Shown piece by piece: positions 15,254 to 24,759 of a stretch of DNA of 24,911 nt (its first letter is position 1; each line of letters starts with the position of its first letter). The notes beneath the pieces are model-generated. The model was given only the letters and a program-made list of their open reading frames with translations, was not told where the DNA came from and searched no databases. This DNA comes from an uncultured Clostridia bacterium. Its GTDB lineage: Bacteria; Bacillota; Clostridia; Oscillospirales; Acutalibacteraceae. The stretch lies in the NCBI GenBank assembly GCA_946006915.1, contig CAMFZK010000001.1, positions 1-24,911 of the forward strand. The letters run 5' to 3'. Both the position numbers and the translations under genes were made by a program.

Positions 15254-17341
15254 ATGAAAATCGAAAATTTGTTGGTTTTGTTTACCTTCGTAGGTGCTTT
15301 GGTTGCCTTGGCTTACGTGGCAATTACCGCAAAAAGAGTACTGAAGTTCTCGGAAGGTACGGACAAAATGAAGAAAATCGCCTCTGCCATTCGTGAGGGC
15401 GCTAATGCTTACCTTAAAAGACAGTATAAGGTAGTTATTGTCTTCTTTGCCTGTATGCTTGTAATTTTAAGTGCTATGGCATCTTTTAAAATGCTTACTT
15501 GGTATGTGCCTTTTGCTTTTGTAACCGGCGGATTTTTCTCGGCTTTGTCGGGGTATATCGGTATGAAAATCGCTACCGCCGCAAACAGCAGAACCGCAAA
15601 TGCCTGCCGTGAGGGACTTAACAAAGGTCTTCGTGTGGCATTTTCTGCCGGTTCGGTAATGGGATTCACCGTTGTCGGCTTAGGTCTTTTGGATATTTCA
15701 ATTTGGTTTACACTTTTAAAATTTGTTTTTAATTGCGGTCCTTCGGAAATTACAAGCGCAATGCTTACTTTCGGTATGGGTGCTTCTTCAATGGCACTTT
15801 TTGCCCGTGTCGGCGGCGGTGTGTTCACTAAAGCGGCGGACGTAGGTGCAGACCTTGTGGGTAAGGTTGAGGCAGGTATCCCCGAAGACGACCCAAGAAA
15901 CCCCGCAGTTATTGCCGACAATGTAGGCGATAACGTAGGTGACGTTGCGGGTATGGGTGCAGACCTTTATGAATCTTATGTCGGCTCTATTATTTCGGCA
16001 TCGGCTTTGGGTGTTGCCGCTTTTAAAAGTTTTGAAGCAATGGCAATTCCTATGCTTATGGCGGCTGTCGGCATTATTTGCTCCATTATAGGTACACTTT
16101 TGGTTAGAACCAAGGAAAAAGCAACCCAAAAAGACTTGTTAAAATCTTTAAGCCGCGGCACTAATTTCAGTGCGGTACTAATTGCAATTCTCGCATTGCC
16201 TATGGTTTACTTCATTTTGGGCAAAGCAAATATCGGACTTTACTTTTCAATCCTTTCGGGACTTATAGCCGGTGTGCTTATAGGTCAGTCAACCGAATTT
16301 TTCACAAGCGAATCCTATAGACCTACCCGTTCTTTGGCAGGTAAAAGCGAAACGGGTTCGGCCACAATCATTATCGGCGGTTTGTCACTGGGTATGATTT
16401 CCACCGTTCTTCCGATAGTAATTATTTCGGTATGCGTATTGGTTTCCTACGCCGCCGCAGGCGGTTTCGGTTCTGCGGGTGCTTCGCACGGACTTTACGG
16501 TATCGCTTTGGCGGCAGTCGGTATGCTTTCTACATTGGGTATTACCTTGGCTACCGATGCTTACGGTCCTGTTGCCGATAATGCTGGCGGTATAGCCGAA
16601 ATGGCAGGACTTGAACCCGAAGTTCGTGAACGTACCGACGCACTCGACGCTTTAGGAAATACAACCGCCGCTACCGGTAAAGGTTTTGCTATCGGTTCTG
16701 CCGCACTTACCGCTTTGGCTTTAATGGCTTCTTACATTGATAAGGTTAAAGAAGTAGGCGGTAATGTCAAGGGATTTGACCTTATGAATCCCACCGTGCT
16801 TATCGGTTTGTTTATCGGTGCTTGTCTGCCGTTTGTTTTTGCGGCTTTAACAATGGAATCTGTCGGCAAAGCGGCACAGTCGGTTGTTATTGAAGTTCGC
16901 CGTCAGTTTAAAGAAATTGCCGGTATAATGGAAGGCAAAGCCGACCCCGACTATGCAAAATGCGTTGACCTTTGCACTAAATCAAGTTTGCGTGAAATGA
17001 TTTTACCCACCGTTGTTGCGGTTGTAACTCCTGTTGCAGTCGGCTTAATTTTGGGCTTTACCGGCGTTGTAGGTATGCTTGCAGGCGCTACCGCAAGCGG
17101 TTTCTTGCTTGCAATCTTTATGTCTAATTCGGGCGGTGCTTGGGATAACGCCAAAAAGTACATAGAATCCGGCGTTCACGGCGGTAAAGGCAGCGACCAG
17201 CACAAGGCGGCCGTTGTGGGCGATACGGTAGGCGACCCGTTTAAGGATACATCGGGACCGGCAATTAACATTCTTATTAAACTTTTAAGTATGGTATCTA
17301 TTGTGTTTGCCGCCCTTGTTGTTAATTTCAGTTTGCTTTAA
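15254..17341 (+). CDS. hppA: Membrane-integral ion-pumping pyrophosphatase (K+-dependent, Na+ or Na+,H+ type)
   Basis: DVGADLVGKVEAGIPEDDPRNP, DNVGDNVGD, ADLYESY, GNTTAATGKG, GGAWDNAKK and GDTVGDPFKDTSGP. Confidence 0.96.
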   Translation: MKIENLLVLFTFVGALVALAYVAITAKRVLKFSEGTDKMKKIASAIREGANAYLKRQYKVVIVFFACMLVILSAMASFKMLTWYVPFAFVTGGFFSALSGYIGMKIATAANSRTANACREGLNKGLRVAFSAGSVMGFTVVGLGLLDISIWFTLLKFVFNCGPSEITSAMLTFGMGASSMALFARVGGGVFTKAADVGADLVGKVEAGIPEDDPRNPAVIADNVGDNVGDVAGMGADLYESYVGSIISASALGVAAFKSFEAMAIPMLMAAVGIICSIIGTLLVRTKEKATQKDLLKSLSRGTNFSAVLIAILALPMVYFILGKANIGLYFSILSGLIAGVLIGQSTEFFTSESYRPTRSLAGKSETGSATIIIGGLSLGMISTVLPIVIISVCVLVSYAAAGGFGSAGASHGLYGIALAAVGMLSTLGITLATDAYGPVADNAGGIAEMAGLEPEVRERTDALDALGNTTAATGKGFAIGSAALTALALMASYIDKVKEVGGNVKGFDLMNPTVLIGLFIGACLPFVFAALTMESVGKAAQSVVIEVRRQFKEIAGIMEGKADPDYAKCVDLCTKSSLREMILPTVVAVVTPVAVGLILGFTGVVGMLAGATASGFLLAIFMSNSGGAWDNAKKYIESGVHGGKGSDQHKAAVVGDTVGDPFKDTSGPAINILIKLLSMVSIVFAALVVNFSLL

Positions 17342-17347
17342 TTTTTT

Positions 17348-17376
17348 AACACCCTTCACACCGAAGGGTGTTTTTT
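17348..17376 (+). terminator. Rho-independent terminator after hppA
   Basis: 10-bp stem AACACCCTTC / GAAGGGTGTT with a 5-nt loop, running into a T tract. Confidence 0.85.
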
Positions 17377-17392
17377 ATATGAAACATAATAA

Positions 17393-17421
17393 TTGACTTT
17401 ATGCTTTTGGTTTGCTATAAT
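17393..17421 (+). promoter_or_regulatory. Sigma-A promoter of the polysaccharide locus
   Basis: TTGACT (17393-17398), 17-bp spacer, TG-C-TATAAT (TATAAT at 17416-17421). Confidence 0.82.
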
Positions 17422-17493
17422 GTAGTTAGTTATATTAGGGATATTGCGTAAAAGTAAAAGAATAGTTTTACATATCGGCAAGGAGCGTTTTTT

Positions 17494-18483
17494 GTGAATC
17501 AGAACAGTAAAAAAGTGTTGATTTTTTGTCCCAAATTTTTTGGATATGAAAATAGAGTAGCAAATGCTTTCAGGGCTAACGGCTATATGGTTGATTTATA
17601 TAACGAAAGACCGAGTGACGGATTCATCGCCAAGGTTGCAATCCGTAAAAATTGGCGTTTTTATAAACCGGTGATTAAAAAATATTTAAACGGTATTATC
17701 GAACAAAACAAAGATAAAAAGTACGATTATATAATAGTTTTCAGGGGAGAAACTATCGGTGAAAGCGAACTTTTGCAACTTAAAACCGCTTTTCCGAACG
17801 CCAAAACCATTTTCTATTTGTGGGATTCGGTAGAAAATACTATTGAAAGCAAGAAAAAAATAAACATCTATGACAAGGTGTTTACCTTTGACCCCAACGA
17901 TGCCGAAAAATACAATTTAGTATTCCTGTCTTTACCCTACGGCGAAGAATACACTTCCGAAGTACCGACTACTAAGACCGAGTACGATTTGGCGTTTATC
18001 GGCACGGCTCATTCCATTAGACCGAGAATTGTAAAAGAACTTAAAAAACAGTGCGAAGAAATGAATCTTAAAATGTTTATTTTCTTCTATTCTCCGCATA
18101 TTTTGGTTTATTTGTTTAACAAATTTTTTAACAAAGATTATAAATACATCAGTTTAAAGGAAATAAATTTCAAGTCGCTTACCACGGCGGAAGTTTGCGA
18201 TATTTATAATAAATCCACGTGCATTTTGGATATCGGTCACCCAAACCAAAACGGTACAACCACACGGCCTGTGGAAATGCTTGCTATGAAGAAAAAAATC
18301 ATTACTACAAACACAAATGTGAAATATTTTGATTATTTTGACCAAAACGATTTTTTTATTATTGATAAGCAAAACCCAAAATTGGACAAGAGTTTTTTTG
18401 AAAGCGAATATGTGCCTGTTAAGAAAGATATTTTGTATAAATATTCGCCAGAAAATTTTGTGAAAACTATTTTGGAAGAATAA
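17494..18483 (+). CDS. Putative glycosyltransferase of a polysaccharide locus (GT-B-like, family uncertain)
   Basis: GTG start after AAGGAG. Motifs YLWDS, TFDPNDAEKY, FIGTAH and LDI..PNQNGTTTRPVEMLAMKKKIITTN resemble polysaccharide-locus GT-B proteins; the assignment leans on gene context. Confidence 0.6.
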   Translation: MNQNSKKVLIFCPKFFGYENRVANAFRANGYMVDLYNERPSDGFIAKVAIRKNWRFYKPVIKKYLNGIIEQNKDKKYDYIIVFRGETIGESELLQLKTAFPNAKTIFYLWDSVENTIESKKKINIYDKVFTFDPNDAEKYNLVFLSLPYGEEYTSEVPTTKTEYDLAFIGTAHSIRPRIVKELKKQCEEMNLKMFIFFYSPHILVYLFNKFFNKDYKYISLKEINFKSLTTAEVCDIYNKSTCILDIGHPNQNGTTTRPVEMLAMKKKIITTNTNVKYFDYFDQNDFFIIDKQNPKLDKSFFESEYVPVKKDILYKYSPENFVKTILEE

Positions 18484-18520
18484 ACCAACTCTTAATAACT
18501 TGCTTGAAACGGAGATTATT

Positions 18521-19573
18521 ATGCGTATAGTAGTTAATGATATTGCCGCAAGTTCGGGCGGAGTATTGACGGTATTAAAAGACTTTTATCAATATGTTAA
18601 GGAAAACGACAGGGAGAATGAGTGGTATTTTTTGGTTGGCGACGACTACATTGAACCTACCGAAAATATTCATATAATAAAATTCCCGAAAATCAAAAAA
18701 AGTTATATAAAAAGACTCATATTTGATTTTATTACCGGAAAAAAATTCATCAAAGAACTTAAGGCGGATTGTATTTTTTCTTTGCAGAATACCGTTATTC
18801 ACGGAGTTGATGTGCCTCAAACGGTATATCAGCACCAACCATTACCTTTCCAAGATATAAAGAATTACTCTTTCTTTAAGCGCAGCGAAAGGAAAATGGC
18901 AGTATATCAGCATTTAATTGGTAAAATAATTTTTCTCTCAACCAAAAAGGCGGATAAACTTATCGTTCAAACCGAGTGGATGAGGGATGCTATAAATAAT
19001 AAATGTTCGGTTTCTAAAGAAAAGATTGTAAAAATTGCTCCTAATATTGAAAATGCGGATAATCTTCGTATAGAAGTACCTAGAAAGAATAATTTGTTTT
19101 TCTTTCCCACTTCTACCATGCCATATAAAAATATTGACTGTATATATAATGCAGCTAAGATTCTTGAAAATAAAAATCTTAATTTTACCGTTAAAATCAC
19201 TGTACCTGATGGTGAGGAACAAAAGAATATTCAATACATAGGGCAAATTAAAAGAGAAGATGTATTTGCAAATTTATGCGAGGGAACGCTTATTTTTCCG
19301 TCTTATATTGAAACATTCGGTTATCCTTTGATAGAAGCGGCGCAAATGGGTGCTATTGTTTTGTCGGCTGACTGTCCGTACGCACATGAAGTATTGGGTG
19401 ATTATCAAAACGCTTATTATTTTAATCCTTTTAATCCCCAAGAATTGGCAATGCTTATTGAAAAAGTAATAACCGGCGAGATTGAGCGTAAAGACATTCG
19501 CAAAAAAGTTGAAAACGAACAAAACACATGGAAATATGTTGTTGATGAAATTGTTTCGGCAAAGAGGAAGTGA
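18521..19573 (+). CDS. GT4 (group 1) glycosyltransferase, WbbK-like
   Basis: SSGGVLTVLK, YQHQPLPF, VQTEWM, FP...YKN and IFPSYIETFGYPLIEA (ExxGxxxxE). Start moved from TTG 18500 to ATG 18521, which follows GGAG. Confidence 0.85.
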   Translation: MRIVVNDIAASSGGVLTVLKDFYQYVKENDRENEWYFLVGDDYIEPTENIHIIKFPKIKKSYIKRLIFDFITGKKFIKELKADCIFSLQNTVIHGVDVPQTVYQHQPLPFQDIKNYSFFKRSERKMAVYQHLIGKIIFLSTKKADKLIVQTEWMRDAINNKCSVSKEKIVKIAPNIENADNLRIEVPRKNNLFFFPTSTMPYKNIDCIYNAAKILENKNLNFTVKITVPDGEEQKNIQYIGQIKREDVFANLCEGTLIFPSYIETFGYPLIEAAQMGAIVLSADCPYAHEVLGDYQNAYYFNPFNPQELAMLIEKVITGEIERKDIRKKVENEQNTWKYVVDEIVSAKRK

Positions 19574-20523
19574 AAAAGGTGACAGTTTCGGTTGCGCTTG
19601 CATTATACAACGGAGAAAAGTTTATTGAGAAACAACTTGATACTTTGCGGCTTCAAACCGTAAAACCAAATCAAGTTGTCTTGTGTGACGATGGTTCTTC
19701 AGATAACACAGTAAATATAGTAAATGAATATATTAAGAAATATTCTTTAGGGGACAGTTGGAAAATTTGCAAAAATCCCCAAAATTTAGGATACGCAAAA
19801 AATTTTTATCACGCAATGGAATTATGTGACGGGGACTTAATTTACCTTTGCGACCAGGACGATATTTGGAAAAATGATAAGATTGAAAAGATGAATAAGG
19901 TAATGGAGGAAAATCCAAATATCTCTCTACTTATGTGTAGAGGCGGGGTTATTGGTGCAGACGATAGGGAATTGCACGGGATGATGATAAAAAAAGCAGA
20001 AGAAACCGAAAAAATTACAAAAATTTCGGTAGAAGATATAATACGTATCTTCGATTGGACAGGCATGTTAATGTGTGTTCGTAAGGACTTTTTTGAACAA
20101 CGTAAAAGCATAATTTCCGAAATTTCCGCCCCGCATGATTTTGTATTGGCACTCTCTGCTGCCGATTGTGAACAATTTTATGTTTATGACTATGTGGGGG
20201 CTTACCATAGACGACACAGTAATAATGCCGCAAACGAAGAACACAGGATTTCAAAACTTCTCAACTTAAAGAGAAAAATAAGGGATATAGACAATTATAA
20301 CGGCTATTTATACAATGTTGCAAATTCAAATATTGAAATACAAAAAAACAGTATGAATATGTTAGAAGAACGTCTTATAAAATCACAGCAAAGAAAACAA
20401 GCGTTAGAGGAAAAAAGTATAAAAAAACTTTTTAAATTGTATTTTTCTGATGATAAAAAAATGTTAAGACCGATTTCTTTCTTATGTGATACTTGGCTTG
20501 TACTGTTTGGAAGGATTGATTAA
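19570..20523 (+). CDS. GT2 glycosyltransferase (RgpB-like, possible rhamnosyltransferase)
   Basis: LYNGEKFI..QL, CDDGSSDNT, LCDQDDIW, PHD and HRRHSNN; GTG start overlaps the upstream stop. Confidence 0.85.
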   Translation: MKKVTVSVALALYNGEKFIEKQLDTLRLQTVKPNQVVLCDDGSSDNTVNIVNEYIKKYSLGDSWKICKNPQNLGYAKNFYHAMELCDGDLIYLCDQDDIWKNDKIEKMNKVMEENPNISLLMCRGGVIGADDRELHGMMIKKAEETEKITKISVEDIIRIFDWTGMLMCVRKDFFEQRKSIISEISAPHDFVLALSAADCEQFYVYDYVGAYHRRHSNNAANEEHRISKLLNLKRKIRDIDNYNGYLYNVANSNIEIQKNSMNMLEERLIKSQQRKQALEEKSIKKLFKLYFSDDKKMLRPISFLCDTWLVLFGRID

Positions 20524-20525
20524 AT

Positions 20526-21932
20526 TTGTTAAAAAAAATATCAGAAAAACCAAATTGCAGTTTAGAGAGTTTTGCGTTCGTATTGTTGAATGTGATTTTG
20601 GCTGATATTTGCATTTTTGGTGCAGGACGGATAATAGAGTTTGGACCGCTGACATTTAGAATGATTACATTATTGATATTGTTTGCGGTTTGTATACCTT
20701 TGTTTTTTAAGAATTTTAAATTACTTTTAAAAAGCAAATATGTTTGTTCGGTAATGGTTTTTGGGATACTTGTTATTTTAGCTGCAGTTATTGGCGTTTT
20801 AAATCACAACAGAACAAACTTGATTATAACTGATATTAAAGGGTTTATTTATTTTGCATTTTTACCGTGTGCTGTTGTTCTGATAAATTCTTACGAAAAG
20901 ATACTTGTATTAGCCAAAACAAGTATGTATTCCGCAATGGTTCAAGGGTTGGTACATATAACTTTTATAGGTTTTTATATTGCTGATGTTTCTTGGTTTG
21001 ATAAGGTTACTCAGTTTTGCGATGAACGAAGGTTTTTTTATGTTTCGTACAGGATTTCTTCCGTAAACGTAAGAGTTAGTTTTTTAAGTCTTGCCTGTTT
21101 ACTGTTGGGTATAGTTTTTTCGATATACTTCAGCACTAAAAACACAAAAATAATATTTAAATTTATATATCCCCTTATTACGGCAATTTGCGGTTTTGCA
21201 TTGTTTGTGTCGTATACACGTTCGGTATATTTGGCAGTGGGTATAACCGTTATTTTGTTGTTGATATCGTTTTTTATACTTTCTGCAAAAAAACAAAAAA
21301 TAGAACTTCTTAAACATATTGCAGTTACATTAGTTGTTTTTGCGGTTATAATAACAGGGTTTAAAATAAAAACCGGTGAAAACTATTTTTCTTATGGATT
21401 GTCAAGGGCTCTTGTGGGCATAGATATTTTCAAAGGGGAAACTGATAATTCAGAAATTGGTGACGATGAAAATGATGATGTTGAAAACAATAGCGTTGGA
21501 AATGACTCCTTTTATCAAAATACGATAACTTCTGATAGTTTGCGTGAAAAGACAATTAGCGAGTTGATTTCTAACATTAAAAAATCCCCTATAATCGGTT
21601 TGGGGTTAGGCGCAGAGATACCGTCGCGTCCTGATGGGTTGAACGAATACTTTTTCTTGGATTTGTTTTCTAAAATGGGAATACTTGGGCTACTGGCTTA
21701 CCTATCACCTGTCATATTTATGATAATTCAACTAATAGAACTTTTCAAAAAGAAGAATAAAAAAGTGTTACATTTGTTTGCGTGGTTTTGTGTTTTGTTA
21801 GGACTTATTGCATATTCGTATTTCACACCGTGTATGAATTCGTCCGTAGGCATTATGGTTTATTGTTTTATAATGGCTGTATTTGAATCTTATAAAAAAT
21901 TACAAACGGATACGGAGGGGCAACATTTATGA
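20526..21932 (+). CDS. Wzy polymerase / O-antigen ligase-like membrane protein
   Basis: About 10-12 hydrophobic segments, SYTRSVYL, a large acidic extracytoplasmic loop and PIIGLGLG near the C-terminus; lies among GT and rml genes. The TTG start is uncertain. Confidence 0.65.
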   Translation: MLKKISEKPNCSLESFAFVLLNVILADICIFGAGRIIEFGPLTFRMITLLILFAVCIPLFFKNFKLLLKSKYVCSVMVFGILVILAAVIGVLNHNRTNLIITDIKGFIYFAFLPCAVVLINSYEKILVLAKTSMYSAMVQGLVHITFIGFYIADVSWFDKVTQFCDERRFFYVSYRISSVNVRVSFLSLACLLLGIVFSIYFSTKNTKIIFKFIYPLITAICGFALFVSYTRSVYLAVGITVILLLISFFILSAKKQKIELLKHIAVTLVVFAVIITGFKIKTGENYFSYGLSRALVGIDIFKGETDNSEIGDDENDDVENNSVGNDSFYQNTITSDSLREKTISELISNIKKSPIIGLGLGAEIPSRPDGLNEYFFLDLFSKMGILGLLAYLSPVIFMIIQLIELFKKKNKKVLHLFAWFCVLLGLIAYSYFTPCMNSSVGIMVYCFIMAVFESYKKLQTDTEGQHL

Positions 21933-22822
21933 AAGGCATAATTTTAGCAGGCGGTTCTGGCACAAGACTTTATCCGCTTACAAAGGTTACTTCAAAACAA
22001 CTTTTACCCATTTATGACAAACCGATGATTTATTACCCTATGTCGGTGCTGATGAATGCGGGTATACGTGATATTTTGATAATATCCACCCCACAGGACA
22101 CACCCCGTTTTAAGGACCTTTTGGGTGACGGAAAACAGTTCGGCGTAAACCTTTCTTATGCGGTTCAGCCGTCGCCGGACGGTTTGGCACAGGCATTTAT
22201 AATCGGTGCCGATTTTATAGGCGACGATACGGTTGCTATGGTACTGGGCGATAATATTTTTGCGGGACACGGTCTTAAAAAGCGCTTGAAATCGGCGGTG
22301 GAGAACGCCGAAACAGGTAAAGGCGCTACGGTGTTCGGATATTATGTTGACGACCCCGAGCGTTTCGGAATTGTTGAGTTTGACAGTAAAGGACATGCTA
22401 TATCCATTGAAGAAAAACCGCAAAACCCCAAAAGCAATTACTGCGTAACGGGACTTTACTTTTACGATAACCGTGTGGTTGAATATGCAAAAAATCTTAA
22501 ACCCTCTGCCCGTGGGGAGTTGGAAATTACCGATTTAAACCGCATATATCTTGAAAACGGCGACCTTAATGTTGAACTTTTGGGACAGGGATTTACCTGG
22601 CTGGACACCGGCACACACGAAAGTTTGGTAGAAGCCACCAACTTTGTTAAAACGATGGAAACCCACCAACACAGAAAGATAGCGTGTTTGGAAGAAATTG
22701 CGTATCTAAACGGTTGGATAACCAAAGATGATGTATTAGAAGTTTATGAAGTTTTAAAGAAAAACCAGTACGGTCAGTATTTAAAAGACGTTCTTGACGG
22801 AAAATATATAGACATTCTTTAA
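21929..22822 (+). CDS. rmlA: Glucose-1-phosphate thymidylyltransferase
   Basis: [52 protein letters not shown] and WLDTGT. Confidence 0.97.
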   Translation: MKGIILAGGSGTRLYPLTKVTSKQLLPIYDKPMIYYPMSVLMNAGIRDILIISTPQDTPRFKDLLGDGKQFGVNLSYAVQPSPDGLAQAFIIGADFIGDDTVAMVLGDNIFAGHGLKKRLKSAVENAETGKGATVFGYYVDDPERFGIVEFDSKGHAISIEEKPQNPKSNYCVTGLYFYDNRVVEYAKNLKPSARGELEITDLNRIYLENGDLNVELLGQGFTWLDTGTHESLVEATNFVKTMETHQHRKIACLEEIAYLNGWITKDDVLEVYEVLKKNQYGQYLKDVLDGKYIDIL

Positions 22823-22840
22823 TTAAAAGGAGTAAGAGTT

Positions 22841-23860
22841 ATGAATATTATTGTTACAGGCGGCGCAGGATTTATAGGAAGCAATTTTGTGTTCCATATG
22901 TTGAAAAAATACCCTAATTACAGAATTATTTGCCTTGATAAACTTACCTATGCGGGTAATTTGTCTACATTGGCTCCGGTTATGGACAATCCCAATTTTA
23001 GATTCGTTAAAGCCGACATTTGCGACAGAGAGGCAGTTTATAAACTTTTTGAAGAAGAAAAACCCGACATTGTTGTAAACTTTGCCGCCGAAAGCCACGT
23101 AGACCGCTCTATTGAAGACCCGGGTATTTTCCTGCAAACAAATATTATGGGTACAGCCGTTTTGATGGATGCTTGCCGTAAATACGGTATTACCCGTTAC
23201 CATCAAGTTTCTACCGACGAAGTGTACGGTGATTTACCGCTTGACCGCCCCGACCTTTTCTTTACAGAAGAAACCCCCATTCATACTTCGTCACCTTATT
23301 CAAGTTCAAAAGCGGGTGCCGACCTTTTGGTATTGGCATATCACCGCACCTTTGGGCTTCCGGTTACTATCAGCCGTTGTTCCAATAACTATGGTCCTTA
23401 CCACTTCCCCGAAAAGTTAATTCCGCTTATGATTGCCAACGCTTTAAACGATAAACCGCTTCCGGTTTACGGCGAAGGTTTAAATGTTCGTGACTGGCTC
23501 TATGTTGAAGACCATTGCAAAGCGATTGACCTCATTATCCACAAAGGCCGTGTGGGTGAGGTTTATAACATCGGCGGTCATAACGAAATGAAGAATATTG
23601 ATATTGTTAAAATTATTTGCAAGGCACTCGGCAAGCCGGAAAGTTTAATTACCTACGTAACCGACCGTAAGGGACACGATATGAGATATGCTATCGACCC
23701 GACCAAGATTCATAACGAACTCGGTTGGTTGCCCGAAACAAAATTTGCCGACGGTATTCAAAAAACAATTCAATGGTATTTGGATAACAAGGAATGGTGG
23801 GAAACCATTATTTCGGGTGAATACCAAAACTATTACGATAAAATGTATGGTAACAGATGA
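22841..23860 (+). CDS. rmlB: dTDP-glucose 4,6-dehydratase
   Basis: TGGAGFIGSN, FAAESHVDRSI, STDEVYG, YSSSK, SNNYGP, RDWLYVEDH and RKGHDMRYAID. Confidence 0.97.
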   Translation: MNIIVTGGAGFIGSNFVFHMLKKYPNYRIICLDKLTYAGNLSTLAPVMDNPNFRFVKADICDREAVYKLFEEEKPDIVVNFAAESHVDRSIEDPGIFLQTNIMGTAVLMDACRKYGITRYHQVSTDEVYGDLPLDRPDLFFTEETPIHTSSPYSSSKAGADLLVLAYHRTFGLPVTISRCSNNYGPYHFPEKLIPLMIANALNDKPLPVYGEGLNVRDWLYVEDHCKAIDLIIHKGRVGEVYNIGGHNEMKNIDIVKIICKALGKPESLITYVTDRKGHDMRYAIDPTKIHNELGWLPETKFADGIQKTIQWYLDNKEWWETIISGEYQNYYDKMYGNR

Positions 23861-24759
23861 TGAAAGTATTTGTAACAGGTGTCGGCGGTCAGTTAGGGTT
23901 CGATGTTATGAACCGACTTAAAGCCAAAGGACATGAACCCATAGGAAGCGATATATTAGATTCTGCCATTTTTTCAAATTATGTAAAACTTGATATTACA
24001 GACCAAAACGCAGTAAAAAGCGTACTTTGTGATATTAAACCCGATGCGGTAATTCACTGTGCGGCTTGGACTGCGGTGGACGCTGCCGAGGACCAAGAAA
24101 ATACCGAAAAAGTATTTAAAATAAACGCAAAAGGTACGGAAAATATTGCCAAAGTCTGCAAGGAACTTGACTGCAAAATGGTATACATTTCCACCGACTA
24201 TGTGTTTGACGGTCAGGGGGACATACCGTGGGACCCCGACTGTAAGGATTATGCCCCTTTAAGCGTTTACGGAAAAAGCAAGTTAGAGGGTGAAAAAGCA
24301 GTAAGCAGTATTTTGGATAAATATTTTATTGTTCGTATTGCTTGGGTTTTCGGTCTTAACGGTAAAAACTTTATAAAAACAATGCTTAACGTAGGTGCAA
24401 AGTATGACACCGTGCGTGTGGTTTGCGACCAAATCGGTACACCCACCTATACGCTTGACCTTTCAAGATTGCTGGTTGATATGGTGGAAACCGAAAAATA
24501 CGGTTATTACCACGCCACAAACGAGGGCGGATATATAAGTTGGTATGATTTTACCTGCGAAATTTTCCGTCAGGCAGGGTATAAAACAAAGGTTGTTCCC
24601 GTAACAACCGAAGAATACGGAATTTCCAAAGCTGCAAGACCGTTTAACAGTCGTCTTGACAAATCCAAACTTGTAAAAAACGGTTTTGAACCCTTGCCCG
24701 ATTGGAAGGACGCTCTTTCACGCTATTTAAAGGAGATTGAAAAAAGTGGGACAAATTAA
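23857..24759 (+). CDS. rmlD: dTDP-4-dehydrorhamnose reductase
   Basis: TGVGGQLG, HCAAWTAVD, YISTDYVFDG, YGKSK, DQIGTPT and RPFNSRLD. The start may be the second ATG (23860). Confidence 0.95.
   Translation: MMKVFVTGVGGQLGFDVMNRLKAKGHEPIGSDILDSAIFSNYVKLDITDQNAVKSVLCDIKPDAVIHCAAWTAVDAAEDQENTEKVFKINAKGTENIAKVCKELDCKMVYISTDYVFDGQGDIPWDPDCKDYAPLSVYGKSKLEGEKAVSSILDKYFIVRIAWVFGLNGKNFIKTMLNVGAKYDTVRVVCDQIGTPTYTLDLSRLLVDMVETEKYGYYHATNEGGYISWYDFTCEIFRQAGYKTKVVPVTTEEYGISKAARPFNSRLDKSKLVKNGFEPLPDWKDALSRYLKEIEKSGTN

Noticed and set aside
17440-17476. Interrupted hairpin and GTAAAA repeats in the polysaccharide-locus leader as a riboswitch or antitermination signal
   Set aside because: Short, AT-rich and weak, with no recognisable riboswitch or ops/JUMPstart motif.
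1707-23921. Other short minus-strand and alternate-frame ORFs in the track (60-170 aa)
   Set aside because: All overlap well-supported genes and show no motif, RBS or promoter support that I could see.
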